Assembly: GCA_001643675.2 (NCBI GenBank)
Contig: LSRY02000014.1
Coordinates: 558,001-622,000, forward strand
Length of the DNA stretch: 64,000 nt
Direction: 5' to 3'
Origin: Monocercomonoides exilis PA203
Lineage: Eukaryota; Protista; Preaxostyla
Every line of letters begins with the position of its first letter. The stretch's first letter is position 1. The position numbers and the translations under genes are program-made. Below the pieces are notes generated by a model, which saw only the letters and a list, made by a program, of their open reading frames with translations, searched no databases and was not told where the DNA came from. This document shows positions 27,757 through 39,623 of this stretch, in pieces.

Positions 27757-29138
27757 TTATTTTTTTGAATCAGATATTTCTTCTCCTCTTTGATAATTGT
27801 ATTAACAATTGTCATAGTTATTGTTATTTGTTTGTTGATTTTCTTAAAAGGAATAAAGAATCATTTTGCAAAAATTGCAATATTTTGAAAAAAGAGATAT
27901 TTTTCTTCAGTTGGGATGAAATTTTAGCAATCATAAAAAAAACTGAGGTTTGTTCCAAACTGTTTCTGCAATTATTTCATTTCAAAATTTTCATTTCAAT
28001 GCAAAAAAATACTGAAAATTAAAAAATGAAGAAATATTTTGGAAAGTGAAGTTTGGAACAAAATTCATAAAACCAAAAATTTTGTCCCAGTTGTAATCTG
28101 TAATTGTAATATTTTTTTTTTCTTTATATTAACTTTTTTGATCTTCGATTAGGCCTTTGCAACATACTGACTTTATCAAACGGAAACGACAATCCGACCG
28201 ACAGGGACATTCAAAACCCTTTTGAGACTTTTCAATTTGGATAATACCATGGGTGCTTAACCCGCACCCTGGTGCCAAACCCGCACCCTGCAAATTTCTT
28301 GAAAATGTAAAAGTCATTTTTTTCCTTTCAAAGAGGTTCATTGATAGTGAATTTGATTGAAACTTATTCAAAAAAAAATTATATATTTTATTTTTTTTAT
28401 AAAAAGACTTTCAAAAAATTGGATTTATAATATTTTTATTTAGAAAAGAACTTTATCTATATTTACTGAAAAAGAAAAAAAGAAGAGTTCAAAAAAATAT
28501 GTATATGCTTCGTTGTTTATGTGTTTTCAAATATCTTTATTAGTTTTTTGGATTTGAATTATTCAGCAACAAATTTCACTTTTTATTTGATTGATCAATT
28601 CCATTAAAATATGAAAAACGAATAGAAAGTTCAGCAGCTGCTTTGAAATAGGTTTGTGAAAGTTATATCAAATGTTTTTCAATGATAACTTGCTTTTGTA
28701 AAATTAAATCTTGAATATTTAATGTTATTATCGATGTACACGATAACTTTGATTGATTTGTTTTTCATTTATATTTGATTGGAGATTGAAATGTTTTTTG
28801 TAATATTTTATAACTTTTTTCAATGAAGATAATTATTTTCATAATTTTCAAACACTTTCATTTTTATTTCCTTTATAATTTTTATGTTTTTGAAATCAAA
28901 TTTCGAGTTGTTGTTTTTCACTGATCAGGAAACATTCTGCAACTTTCAATATTATCATCAAAATTTCATATTATCATTGGCTTGTTGAAAGTATTTATCA
29001 TGCGAATAATTTCAAATTGCATGTGTTTTCCAAATTTTAAATTTCATTAAAAATTAATGATCATGCAATTGAATGTGGCTGAATTGTCACAAACGCAGAT
29101 TTTTCATTTGAAAATTGTTATTTTATTTATTAAAAATA

Positions 29139-29409
29139 TGGGGGAAAATACGGACTTTCAAGCTTTTTATGCACGAAGCAGGAAAAAATTGTTTCGCTCA
29201 CAACTTTATTTCGCTCTTTCAGATTACAAAATAAATTTGATTTTCATATCCGTAAACAGGCATCGTTGAAATCAAAACATTAAAGAATATCAACATTTAG
29301 CGAATATCAAAAAATGGACCCATTTTTATTGTGTTTTTTGATACAAAAAAGTCAATGAAAAATACATAATTTTTCAATGAAAATGCTTGATTAAAAATAT
29401 TTTGCCCCA
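29139..29409. mobile_element. ~270-bp MITE 'C1'
   Basis: TA|TGGGGGAAAATA ... TATTTTGCCCCA|TA ends. A diverged inverted copy lies at 37031-39693. Confidence 0.65.
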
Positions 29410-30472
29410 TATTTTCATTTGTCAGTTCATGTTCTTTTCTTCTCATTTCACTTGCATTTTAGAGCTCTTTTCAATTCATTTTTTTGGAATATTTTGCTTT
29501 TGAAAAGCAAAGACAGTCCAATCATATCATTCAAATTTCTTGAAACAATTTAACATTTATCATTCTTAAATAATGTTTTGCAAAAAACATTTGTTGCCAG
29601 GGATAAACGTATTTTCATGAAAATTGTAAGCTAATTTTCATATTGAACTATTTTGATAACATTTTGGAAATTTTTTCACATTTTAAAAGCTATATCGATG
29701 AATGTCTAATTTATTTTTCTTTTAATTAAATTTTTTTTCCGTTATCATCCTTATTGAAAAAAGTATTTTTATTTTGTCAGTGAAATTATCATTTTGAATA
29801 CGACAGTTCAGGTTAAACATAACTTGGTGATAGAATGAATACTGAATCAAAGATTAAAAGTATTCCATCACAATCATTGTTAAAAAATTGCTATTCTGAA
29901 AACAATAGTTTTATTATGAAAATATCATTGAAAACAAAAAGCTCATAATTTGCAAATCTGACATCTTTGTGACAAGTGAATAAAACATTCATATGTTCAA
30001 CAGCATTTATACGCATAACGTAAATAACAATTTTGAAAACAATAAAATAACCAAAAATAATCGTCAAAAAAAAATCAGTATCACCAAAACTCACAAAAGA
30101 AAAAAATTAGAACTTGACCAACATCAACAATAAATATGAAATAACAATTAAACCATGGAAACAATTTATCAAATTTAAAATATTCAAAACAAATTAATAA
30201 ATGAATAACTTGGTTGAATAATTTAAATAAAAAAAAGATAAATTATAGAACAAAATAATAAGCAATAATATAATAAATACAAAACTGTAATAGAAAAACA
30301 TTTGATATAACTTTCACAAACCTATTTCAAAGCAGCTGCTGAACTTTCTATTCGTTTTTCATATTTTAATGGAATTGATCAATCAAATAAAAAGTGAAAT
30401 TTGTTGCTGAATAATTCAAATCCAAAAAACTAATAAAGATATTTGAAAACACATAAACAACGAAGCATATAC

Positions 30473-32875
30473 GGCATAGGTCTAAATTGTACCAGTAGTG
30501 AATTTGACATTTCTTTATGAAATTTCGATATATTATTGATTGTCATAATTAATTAACACTGTATTATCGAAAAAATTTCAAAAATCTTAACTTCAAAAAG
30601 CTAACAAAAATTATTGATCAAACCCATAAATATATTTGTGTATTTTTCATTTCGTATTTTATGAACGTTTTGTGACAATAAAATTCTTTATAACCAAATT
30701 TATGTTCACATGAAATTAATTTCTACGTATTTCATATATTTAATTTCATCAACTTGCTTCTTATAAGTTGTGATCAAATTATGTTCGAAGAATAATGCGT
30801 ATTTGATAATTGGAAGTTTTTGAAGAGAGAGGATCTCTAAGTTTAGAAAATTCATATATTAGGTGTGAATGGAATGGATCGAGGACGACCGGAACAGAAA
30901 ATACATGGGAAGATTTTGCTTCAAATGGAGGGGCAATCTGCATGCACAGTCAATCAAGCGCTTCAGTTTCTATTAAGCACTGCTCTTTCAATGATTGCAA
31001 TGCTTATTGGGATGGAGGGGGAGTTATGTGTGCAAAAATCAAATCGGTTGAGATTATTAACAACACGTTCAACTCTTGTTCCACAAAAACTAATGGAGGA
31101 GGAGGAATGTGCATTGTGTCAATTTCATCGTGTGTTCGGATCAGCGGATGCGAATTCCAGAATTGCAAAGCGAATAGCTATGGAGGAGGACTTTATCTTG
31201 GTGATTTTCAGGTTTCAGGAACAGGATGCGTTGGAGAAGAAGACGGAGAAGGAGGGAGCTCGTGTGTGTTTGACTGCATTTTCACTTCATGCTCGGTTAC
31301 TGGAAATGATGGTGGAGGAATGCGTTGTGTAAACATTCCAATCACGCAATTTAAAATGTGCAGTGTTCAATTTATTTCATGTTCAGCATTAAGAGAGGGG
31401 GGAGGATTGGAGTTATATCCACACAGACAAGCATCACAAAATGATGTTATTTATTGTTATTTTTTGTTCTTCCACGAAGGCAAAAGAAGAAATGCAGCCA
31501 ATCCAAATGGGCACGATATGATAAACTTAGATAATTAAAATTTATATTTGGATTCTGGGAATCCGTTCCATGAATGTTACACAACAAAAACAGATGATCA
31601 GAGAGTGTGCCATGGATATATTGCATCGAGTTCAACAAGTTGGACATTTCAGCACACAGAAAAGTGGGATTGGCTGAGCGAAGGGATGAAAGATAGGTAT
31701 GATGGAGTGAGTGAAAATGAAACAAACAATCTGTGTGGGATGAACGAGTCTGCACCGTGCAAGACGGTGGGGCATACAGTGGTGTCGAGCATGGGGAAGC
31801 TGATCACTTTGATCGCAGAACAGGGCGGGAGGCAAGGGAGTGAAGAGAAGACAATAAGTGTTGGGGAAAAAAAGATTTCTGTTGTTGGGAGAGGGAAAGA
31901 AGTGAGTGAAATTGGGACAAGTGCACTTTCTTCCCCTGCAACTACTCTGTTCAGCATATCTTCTAGCAAACTGGAGACGGGGTATGAAGGGATTGACCAC
32001 AACGCGACAAGAAGCACATCTCCGAGTGTGTTTATGGTGTCTGATGGAAGCGGATCACTTTCATTGGAAGATGTGCTGATCAGTTCTTCCACAACAGGAG
32101 GGAGAGGAATCTCATCGTCTGTGTTTGAAGTGGCTCTGAAGCAATTAAAGATGGTTGATGTTGAGATAAAAAATATGAAAATATCACAGCCACTTTTCGC
32201 TGAACTATCATCAGCAGGATCTTCATCAGGAGAAAGTGTTTTGGCGAATGTGACGATTCGAAATGTGAGTCGAACAGGTTAAGATAGTGTTGTGATGTCG
32301 AAGAGAGAGAAGGGAGGAGAAACATTTGTGGGGTGGAATACAACGATGGAAGGATGTGAGTGCGCGAATGGGAATGGAGGAGCGATGAAGATTGAGTTGG
32401 CGCCTTCTACAAGCAAAGCTCAAATTGGAACATCCACATCGCAAGATGGAGCGAAATTGAATCTTGTGGATGAATTTTACAAAATATGAATAAAAACTTA
32501 ATTCAAATTGATGTAATATTTCATTTGTAATTCAATGCATTCTTCTCAAAATTTGCAATTCGAATATTTAAAGAAAATTGAAAACAATATTCTGATTTGT
32601 TCTTTTCTTTAAAAAGAAGTTGATATGAAAAAAAACAACAAAGCAATAAATGCAGTGAATAATTAAAACATAGCTCAAATACATCGCAAAACACAAAATG
32701 AAAAATACACAAATATATTTATGGGTTTGATCAATAATTTTTGTTAGCTTTTTGAAGTTAAGATTTTTGAAATTTTTTCGATAATACAGTGTTAATTAAT
32801 TATGACAATCAATAATATATCGAAATTTCATAAAGAAATGTCAAATTCACTACTGGTACAATTTAGACCTATGCC
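30473..32875 (+). mobile_element. Pack-type TIR element 'B1' carrying a surface-protein gene fragment
   Basis: ~180-bp TIRs starting GGCATAGGTCTAAATTGTACCAGTAGTG. 8-bp TSD GCATATAC (30465-30472, 32876-32883). Removing it restores the TIR of element A. Confidence 0.92.
30810..32489 (+). pseudogene. Captured fragment of beta-helix/CGxxxxPC surface-protein family gene (in-frame TAA at 31536 and 32280)
   Basis: Three ORFs in one frame. GGAI/GGG repeats, NPFHECYT..RVC..DWL, CGMNESAPCKT. No signal peptide or TM. Confidence 0.8.
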
Positions 32876-33340
32876 GCATATACATATTTTTTTGAACTCT
32901 TCTTTTTTTCTTTTTCAGTAAATATAGATAAAGTTCTTTTCTAAATAAAAATATTATAAATCCAATTTTTTGAAAGTCTTTTTATAAAAAAAATAAAATA
33001 TATAATTTTTTTTTGAATAAGTTTCAATCAAATTCACTATCAATGAACCTCTTTGAAAGGAAAAAAATGATTTTTTGCATTTTCAAGAAATTTGCAGGGT
33101 GCGGGTTTGGCACCAGGGTGCGGGTTAAGCACCCATGGTATTAAAAATTGGATAACATTTAATTTTAAATATTTTTTATTTTTTTTCTCTATTTATTTTG
33201 AGAATTTTTAAAATGAATAATGAAACATGAAAATGCAAAAAGAACTTTTTTATTGTCAAATCGACGGATCTTTTCGACTTGATCATGTATAGATCAGTCT
33301 GTCTGTTGAGATCAGTCGGTTTGTCGAGATCATTTGAAAA

Positions 33341-36300
33341 ATGAGTGAAATGACTAATAATGACTTTATCAAAGAATTTTCAATTGAATTACAAAGATGC
33401 TTGTCAACAAAAAATATTGTTTAGCAATCTTATTTTATCCAAGCATGTAAATTTATTTATTTTTTTAATAAAATTCATCTTTACAGCTTGAAGAGTTTGA
33501 AAGAAATGTTGAGGAATTAAAAATCAATGAATGCACATTTGTGGAAATAATAAGAACAAAATCTTTCAATGGAGGAAATTGTATGTTTCATATTAATTAT
33601 CACTCAGATTAATTTGCATTTTTCTGCTTTAAACAAGTCTACAAACACCCAAACAATACTGGAGAAGAAATTGGAAAAATTCACTTTGAAACATGCGATG
33701 GAAAGCTTTGGTTGGTATATACTCCTGTTAAGATGGATGGATTATTAAAAAAAGATGGACACATTTATTTTTTGTGTCCAAACAGCAAACATGGAATAAA
33801 TTGTGCCATCTCCGGAAGAAAATGATGGGACAAAGTTACAAATCATCGATGAGCATTGACGACTGCATCTTCTATTTTGCCTTATTTAAAGTTTTATCCA
33901 TCTACAACAAGATTTTCTGAAGTTCCTTCAAAGAAAATAATTCCAACTCATTTTTAATTTGATTCATTAATTGAACATTTTTTGCCTTTAATTGGTCATT
34001 GCAATATTGCGTTTCTTTCTGCTTACTCCAACGAATTCAACAAAATTTTTTTTTCTTTAATTATCACTTCTCAACAAAATCCAACTCTTTCACCGACAAC
34101 CATATTTCCTTCTATCACATATCGTAAGCTAACAGCACTTATTCATGTCGAATGAAAGAAAAGAATTGCCAATAGAAATGCAAAGATTTATAATTCAATG
34201 GTTGGCGTCGTGATGGATGGAGGTGTTGGAGCAGGAAAAAAAATACACTGTCATCACAATTGTTCCGTTCCAGACAAAGGCATCTCCATTTTTCTGGAAA
34301 ATTGAAAAGGCTTGCTTCACAACTTCCGATTATTTTCATATTGCAAATGAAATTATTTCAAAAATAGCTGATTTGAAAGGAGATGTTCGCTGTTTTTGTA
34401 CGGATGACTTGCTGCCACAAAAACTCGCAATTCAAAGCTAAACAGATAAAACAAAGTCGACCTCAATCACAGAAACACCGAAAAAATTTTCTCCTCTATT
34501 TGTTTGCAGCTGCAACCATTTGATTAATTTAATTGTCACACGCCTATTTAAGTATAATTCATTTTTCGTTCAATTAAAAGAAGAAATAACGAAGTTTTCA
34601 AAAATTACCAGAAACGAGTCCACGAAAAATACATTTTTACAGAAATGCCCTTCATTCATTGAAACAAGATGGCTATGTCTTTTTGGCATAAGTTTTTTTA
34701 TTGCAAAAAATATACACAATATCTCATTTTCAGACTATTTCTGCAAAGTCAAAATAGATGACGTGACCCGATGTGAATTATTACTAATACATCTGAAGCA
34801 TCTGCTATTGTTCTTTGAAAAAGACGACATAAAGCTTGGAGATGTGTTTCCAATTATCCCAAAACCTATTGCGCTAGACATGTGGTTACAAGATCTTGAG
34901 GAATATTCTTCCCCCGATTGGCAATATGGAGTTTGAATTATTGAAATCCAACAGTTCAATTCATATTTAGGGAAAGAACGAGGAGATCAAATTTCTTTGG
35001 CTCATTCCTTAACTCCAATTGGTATTCTTGACTATAGAAACGGTTTGTTTTCAAAGTCTTATTCAACAGAGTTTGTGATATAGAAAGAAAAATGCATGTT
35101 AATAAAATGTTCATCAGTGTTTTCAAAGGATTTGGATCAAACTTAAATTCAAAGGATGCGTTGCGATTCATCTATTCAATCCACAACAGATTTAAAATTA
35201 AGAAACTTAATCTTTAACACTTCTTCAGAAGAGGTTTCAAATGAAAAGTCTGCAAAGAATCAACCGAAAATGTTACGAGCATTTTCTCATGGAATGGAAG
35301 AAAAGAACAGTGAAGATCAATTTTTGACAGGCATACAATATGCTCTTTCATTTTTTTCGAAGAATGAAAAAACTTATTTTCCAACTAATTTTCCTCACAC
35401 AATATTCTCTTCTCCATTATCAGTTGAGACTTTTTTTTCTGCTCTTCAATTCATAACCCCAGAAAGAAATAGAAAAGCAGAAACAATGTCTGAGACACAA
35501 GTTCAACTTTAGCCGCTTCCAACAGATTTGCATTCTTTATCATCGACTTCACCAACCAACTCACCTAATTACAGTTTACTCCATTAATTCGTTCTTTTGA
35601 TAGAAAACACACTTATCGAAAAAGAAGTTATAACGAATGAAGATGATATTTTTGGCGAAATTGATTTTGATGAAACAGGTATTATTCAAGCAGAAAACGA
35701 TTCGGTGGATGATGAATTTGAAGAAGGATCTAATTTAACTGTGCGAAGCGAACGTGAATTATCAATTTATGAAACAAGAAATAAACACTCACATATCGAA
35801 GAAAGTGATTCACAATCAAATTCAAACGAAAAAAAGGAAGATGAATGTTCTGATAATGAAAAAAGCATTTCTAAAGATGATATTGATGTTGAAGAACTCG
35901 GTGTGAATGAATTTACTATCACAGGCTGCACGAAGACAACAGAACAAATAAAGAAAGCACTTTCAAAAATCCAACAATCTATTTGCATGGACTGGTTTCT
36001 CAGATTAAAGTCAGCATTCAATGATTATTTGTCCAAAATTTCTTGTTTGAAAGCTTCAAGTCATATTGAGAGCATTAGAGCTTTATTTTCATCAATGTTG
36101 CTGGATAATGCTCAAAACGTGGATCACACTAATACTCGAATTTTCTATTCTGAAATCAGCAAACAATGAATAATATCCGCAATTTTTGCAAACATTTGTT
36201 ATTCGTTGACGATGTTTCCGTGCAGCGAAGCATCTTGTGAAAGAATTTTCTCTCGCCTGAGACGAATTGTTGGAGATAGAAGGTACTCGCTTGCACCAGA

Positions 36301-36400
36301 AACGCTCAACGCATTGCTTTTATTGTTGATGTCAATATTTTTGACAATAAAACATTCGACTGTTATTGCTATCTTTTTTCATTTCAGTGAAGAATTCTGA
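33341..36400 (+). pseudogene. hAT transposase pseudogene (frameshifts and stops)
   Basis: Fragments VVMDGG, CFCTDD, CSCNHLINL (CxxH), FIETRW and the C-terminal dimerisation motif PCSEASCERIFSRLRRIVGDRRYSL, in broken frames. Start coordinate approximate. Confidence 0.8.
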
Positions 36401-37238
36401 ATATATTTGAATTCAAATGAAATTTCTTGACAAACTATGAAGTTTGTTGAACAAAGTTTTCAATTATTGTTTTTCTGAACTGTTTTTGAAACAAACTATC
36501 AATATTTGTAATTAATTGAAGATTCTTATTGTGAATATGTGGAATTGTGAGTTTCAAATACGAGGAATGTTAAATATTCTTTCAAACTTCCAATCAAAAA
36601 CAATATTTCAGTGTGCAAATATGTTTGTTCTTATTAATTAATTTATCTACTCCATTTTCAGATGCTTGCGATACTCATTGATCCATTAAACAACGTTTGT
36701 CAAACTATTATATTGTGTTCGAACGTTTTTCATTCTTCGGAATGAAGAGCGATGTTCATAACTGATAATAATTACAATTCATCAAATATTTTCTGAGAAA
36801 TTTTATTTTTTCATATCGCCAATCAAAAGATAGTTTGTTTGTAACAAAAGGGTCTTTTGTTCATCCAGTTTAATAGTTTCAGTGGATTCAACTTGAAATA
36901 ATGCTTCAATTGTTTATTAAAAAAATCAAAATTTGTGAAATAATTGTTTTTAATGTGAATGCAATTAAATTAAGATTTTCATTGGAAATCACGAATAAAA
37001 AATATAGAATATAGACAAGTTCAAAAGAAATGGGATAAAATATTTGACCTCAGGCATTTTCATTGAAAAATAATGCACTTTTGATAGACTATTTGTGATC
37101 AAAAATTTTCAACATAATTGGTTCATTTTTATGAATTCGTTTGAGATCACAAAATATAATGTTATTATATCATTAACGTTTGTTGGCTGATATGAAAATC
37201 AAATGTATTTTGTAATCTTGTCAAGTTTAAAAATGTTA

Positions 37239-39623
37239 GGCATAGGTCTAAATTGTACCAGTAGTGAATTTGACATATTTTTGTGAATTTTCGAAATATT
37301 ATTGATTATTATAATTAATTAACACTGTGTAATTGAAAAAATTTCAAATACTTTTGATTCAAAAATAAAATCCAAAAACATTGATCAAACCCATAAAAAT
37401 ATTTGAATATTTTCATTTGTAATTTTTTTAAATGTATTGTGACAATTGAATTGTTAACAACCAAATTTATGTTCAAATAAAATAAATTTCTACGTATTTC
37501 ATAAATTTATTTTCATCAACTAGCTTCTTATAAGTTGTGATCAAATTATGTTCGAATGATAATGCGTATTTGATAATTAGAAGCTTTTTAAAGAGAGAGG
37601 ATGTTTAAGTTAAGAAAATTCATTACCTAGGTGTGAATGGAATGGATCGAAGACAACAGGAGAAAGCGACTCGTTCACTGATGGGATATCGAGTGGAGGG
37701 GCAATTTTCATGCACAACAAGGGAAATGGAGAACATTCAGTTTATCATTGCACTTTCAGCAACTGCATTGCATATTACCATGGGGGAGCAGTCATGTGTC
37801 ATGCAACAAAGATGATCAAGATGGTAAGCAACGTGTTTAATTCGTGCACAGCACAAAACCATGGCAGGGGAGGGGTGTGTGCTTTCTAAATAAGTTCATG
37901 TTCCCTTGTCAGTGCGTGCAGCTTCCAGATGTGCAAAACAAGTTACGATGGAGGAGGGTTGAGATTGGACAATTTTCAGGTTTCAGAGGCAAACTGTATT
38001 GGAACAGAAAGTGGAGAAGGAAGGAGCTCGTGTGTGTTTGAGTGCAGTTTCACTTCGTGTTCACTGACAAGCACTGACAGCGGGGGCGTGTGTTGTGTTA
38101 ATATTCCTGCGACATAATTCAAAATGAGTACCATTCAGTTTATTTCATGTTTTGCATTATCCAATGGAGGTGGATTATGTTTGCATCCAAATCGAGAAAC
38201 GGCACCGGATAATAAACTATATTGCTGTTTCTTCTTTTTCCATGATTGCAGATGCACAACAACTTCCACTCCATATGGCCACGATGTTTGTTTTCAAGAC
38301 TTCAATAATATTTTTAAAAAATCTAATAACCCGTTCTACGAATCTTATACAACGAATACAAATGATACGAGAGTGTGCTATTATTATAATGGTTATCAGC
38401 ATACAGAAAAGAAGGATTGGCTGAAGGAGGGGATGAAGGATCGGTATGTTGGGGTGAGTGGAGATGACGCAAACAATCTGTGTGGGATGAGTGAGGCAGC
38501 ACCGTGCAAGACCGTGGGGCATGCAGTGGAGTCGAGCATGGCGCAGCTGAGCTCGACAATCACGTTGCTTGGTGGGAAGCATGTGAGCGAAGGGACAACA
38601 ATCAGTGTTGGGGAAAAGAAGATATCAATTGTGGGGAGAGGGAAGACGGTGAGTGTGATTGGGACGAATTCACTTTCTTCTTCATCGTCAACGCTGTTTA
38701 GTGTATCTTTTGGCCAACTGGAGGCGGGGAATGTGGGGATCGATCACAACGCGACAAGAAGCCCATCACCGAGTGTATTTGTGGTATCTGTGTGGAGCGG
38801 GACTCTTTCATTTGAGGATGTGCTGATCAATTCTTCAATATCGGAAGAGAGCAAAATATCTTCATCGATTTTAGTGATGGCACTATCGCAATTGAAAATG
38901 AGTGATGTTGAGATCAAAAACATGAATATATCTCAACCACTGTTCACTGATGCATCAACAGCAGGATCAACATCTGAAGAGAGTTTGCTTGGGAACGTAA
39001 CAATTCGAAATGTGAATCGAACTGAAGGAGATGGTGTGGTGATGGCAAAAAGCGTGAAGGGTGGAGATTCATTTGTGGTGTGGAACACAACGATTGAGGA
39101 ATGTGAGTGTGTGAATGGAAATGGAGGAGGGATAAATATTGAGTTGAAGGATTTAATAAGTGAAATTTATATTGGAACATCAATTTCGAAAGACAAAGAA
39201 ATTGAATTTTTGTGGATATATTTTTCTGAACACAAATAAAAACTTAATAAAAACATTTGTGATATTGAGAATATTATTCAATGTGTTCATTACAAAATTT
39301 GCAATTTGAATTATTAAAGAAAATCAACAACATCATTCTGATTTGTTCTTTTTTTAAAAGAGCATGAAATGCAAAAAAATACAACAAAACAATGAATGCA
39401 GAAAATAGTCAAAATACAGCTCAAATTCGTTCACAAAACACAAAATGAAAAATATTCAAATATTTTTATGGGTTTGATCAATGTTTTTGGATTTTATTTT
39501 TGAATCAAAAGTATTTGAAATTTTTTCAATTACGCAGTGTTAATTAATTATAATAATCGATAATATTTCGAAAATTCACAAAAATATGTCAAATTCACTA
39601 CTGGTACAATTTAGACCTATGCC
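37239..39623 (+). mobile_element. Pack-type TIR element 'B2' carrying a surface-protein gene fragment
   Basis: Same termini as B1 (GGCATAGGTCTAAATTGTACCAGTAGTG), ~180-bp TIRs, 8-bp TSD AAATGTTA (37231-37238, 39624-39631). Confidence 0.92.
37630..39239 (+). pseudogene. Captured fragment of the same surface-protein family, disrupted
   Basis: Collinear with the B1 cargo: GGGLRLDNF, GHDVCF, NPFYESYT, KKDWLKEGMKDRYVGVSG, CGMSEAAPCKT. Frame break and TAA at 38115. Confidence 0.8.

Larger units (their letters stand above)
28247..33138. mobile_element. Non-autonomous long-TIR element 'A' flanked by TA (Tc1/mariner-pogo-like ends)
   Basis: TA|CCATGGGTGCTTAACCCGCACCCTGGTGCCAAACCCGCACCCTGC at left and its reverse complement ending 33138|TA. 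~435-bp TIR (28247-28680) whose right copy (30293-30472 + 32876-33138) is split by element B1. No ORF in the AT-rich core. Confidence 0.85.

Noticed and set aside
37267-37281. AATTTGACATATTTT shared by the B2 TIR and E TIRs, hinting that E mobilises B
   Set aside because: Short AT-rich match, not conserved in B1, and the TSD types differ.
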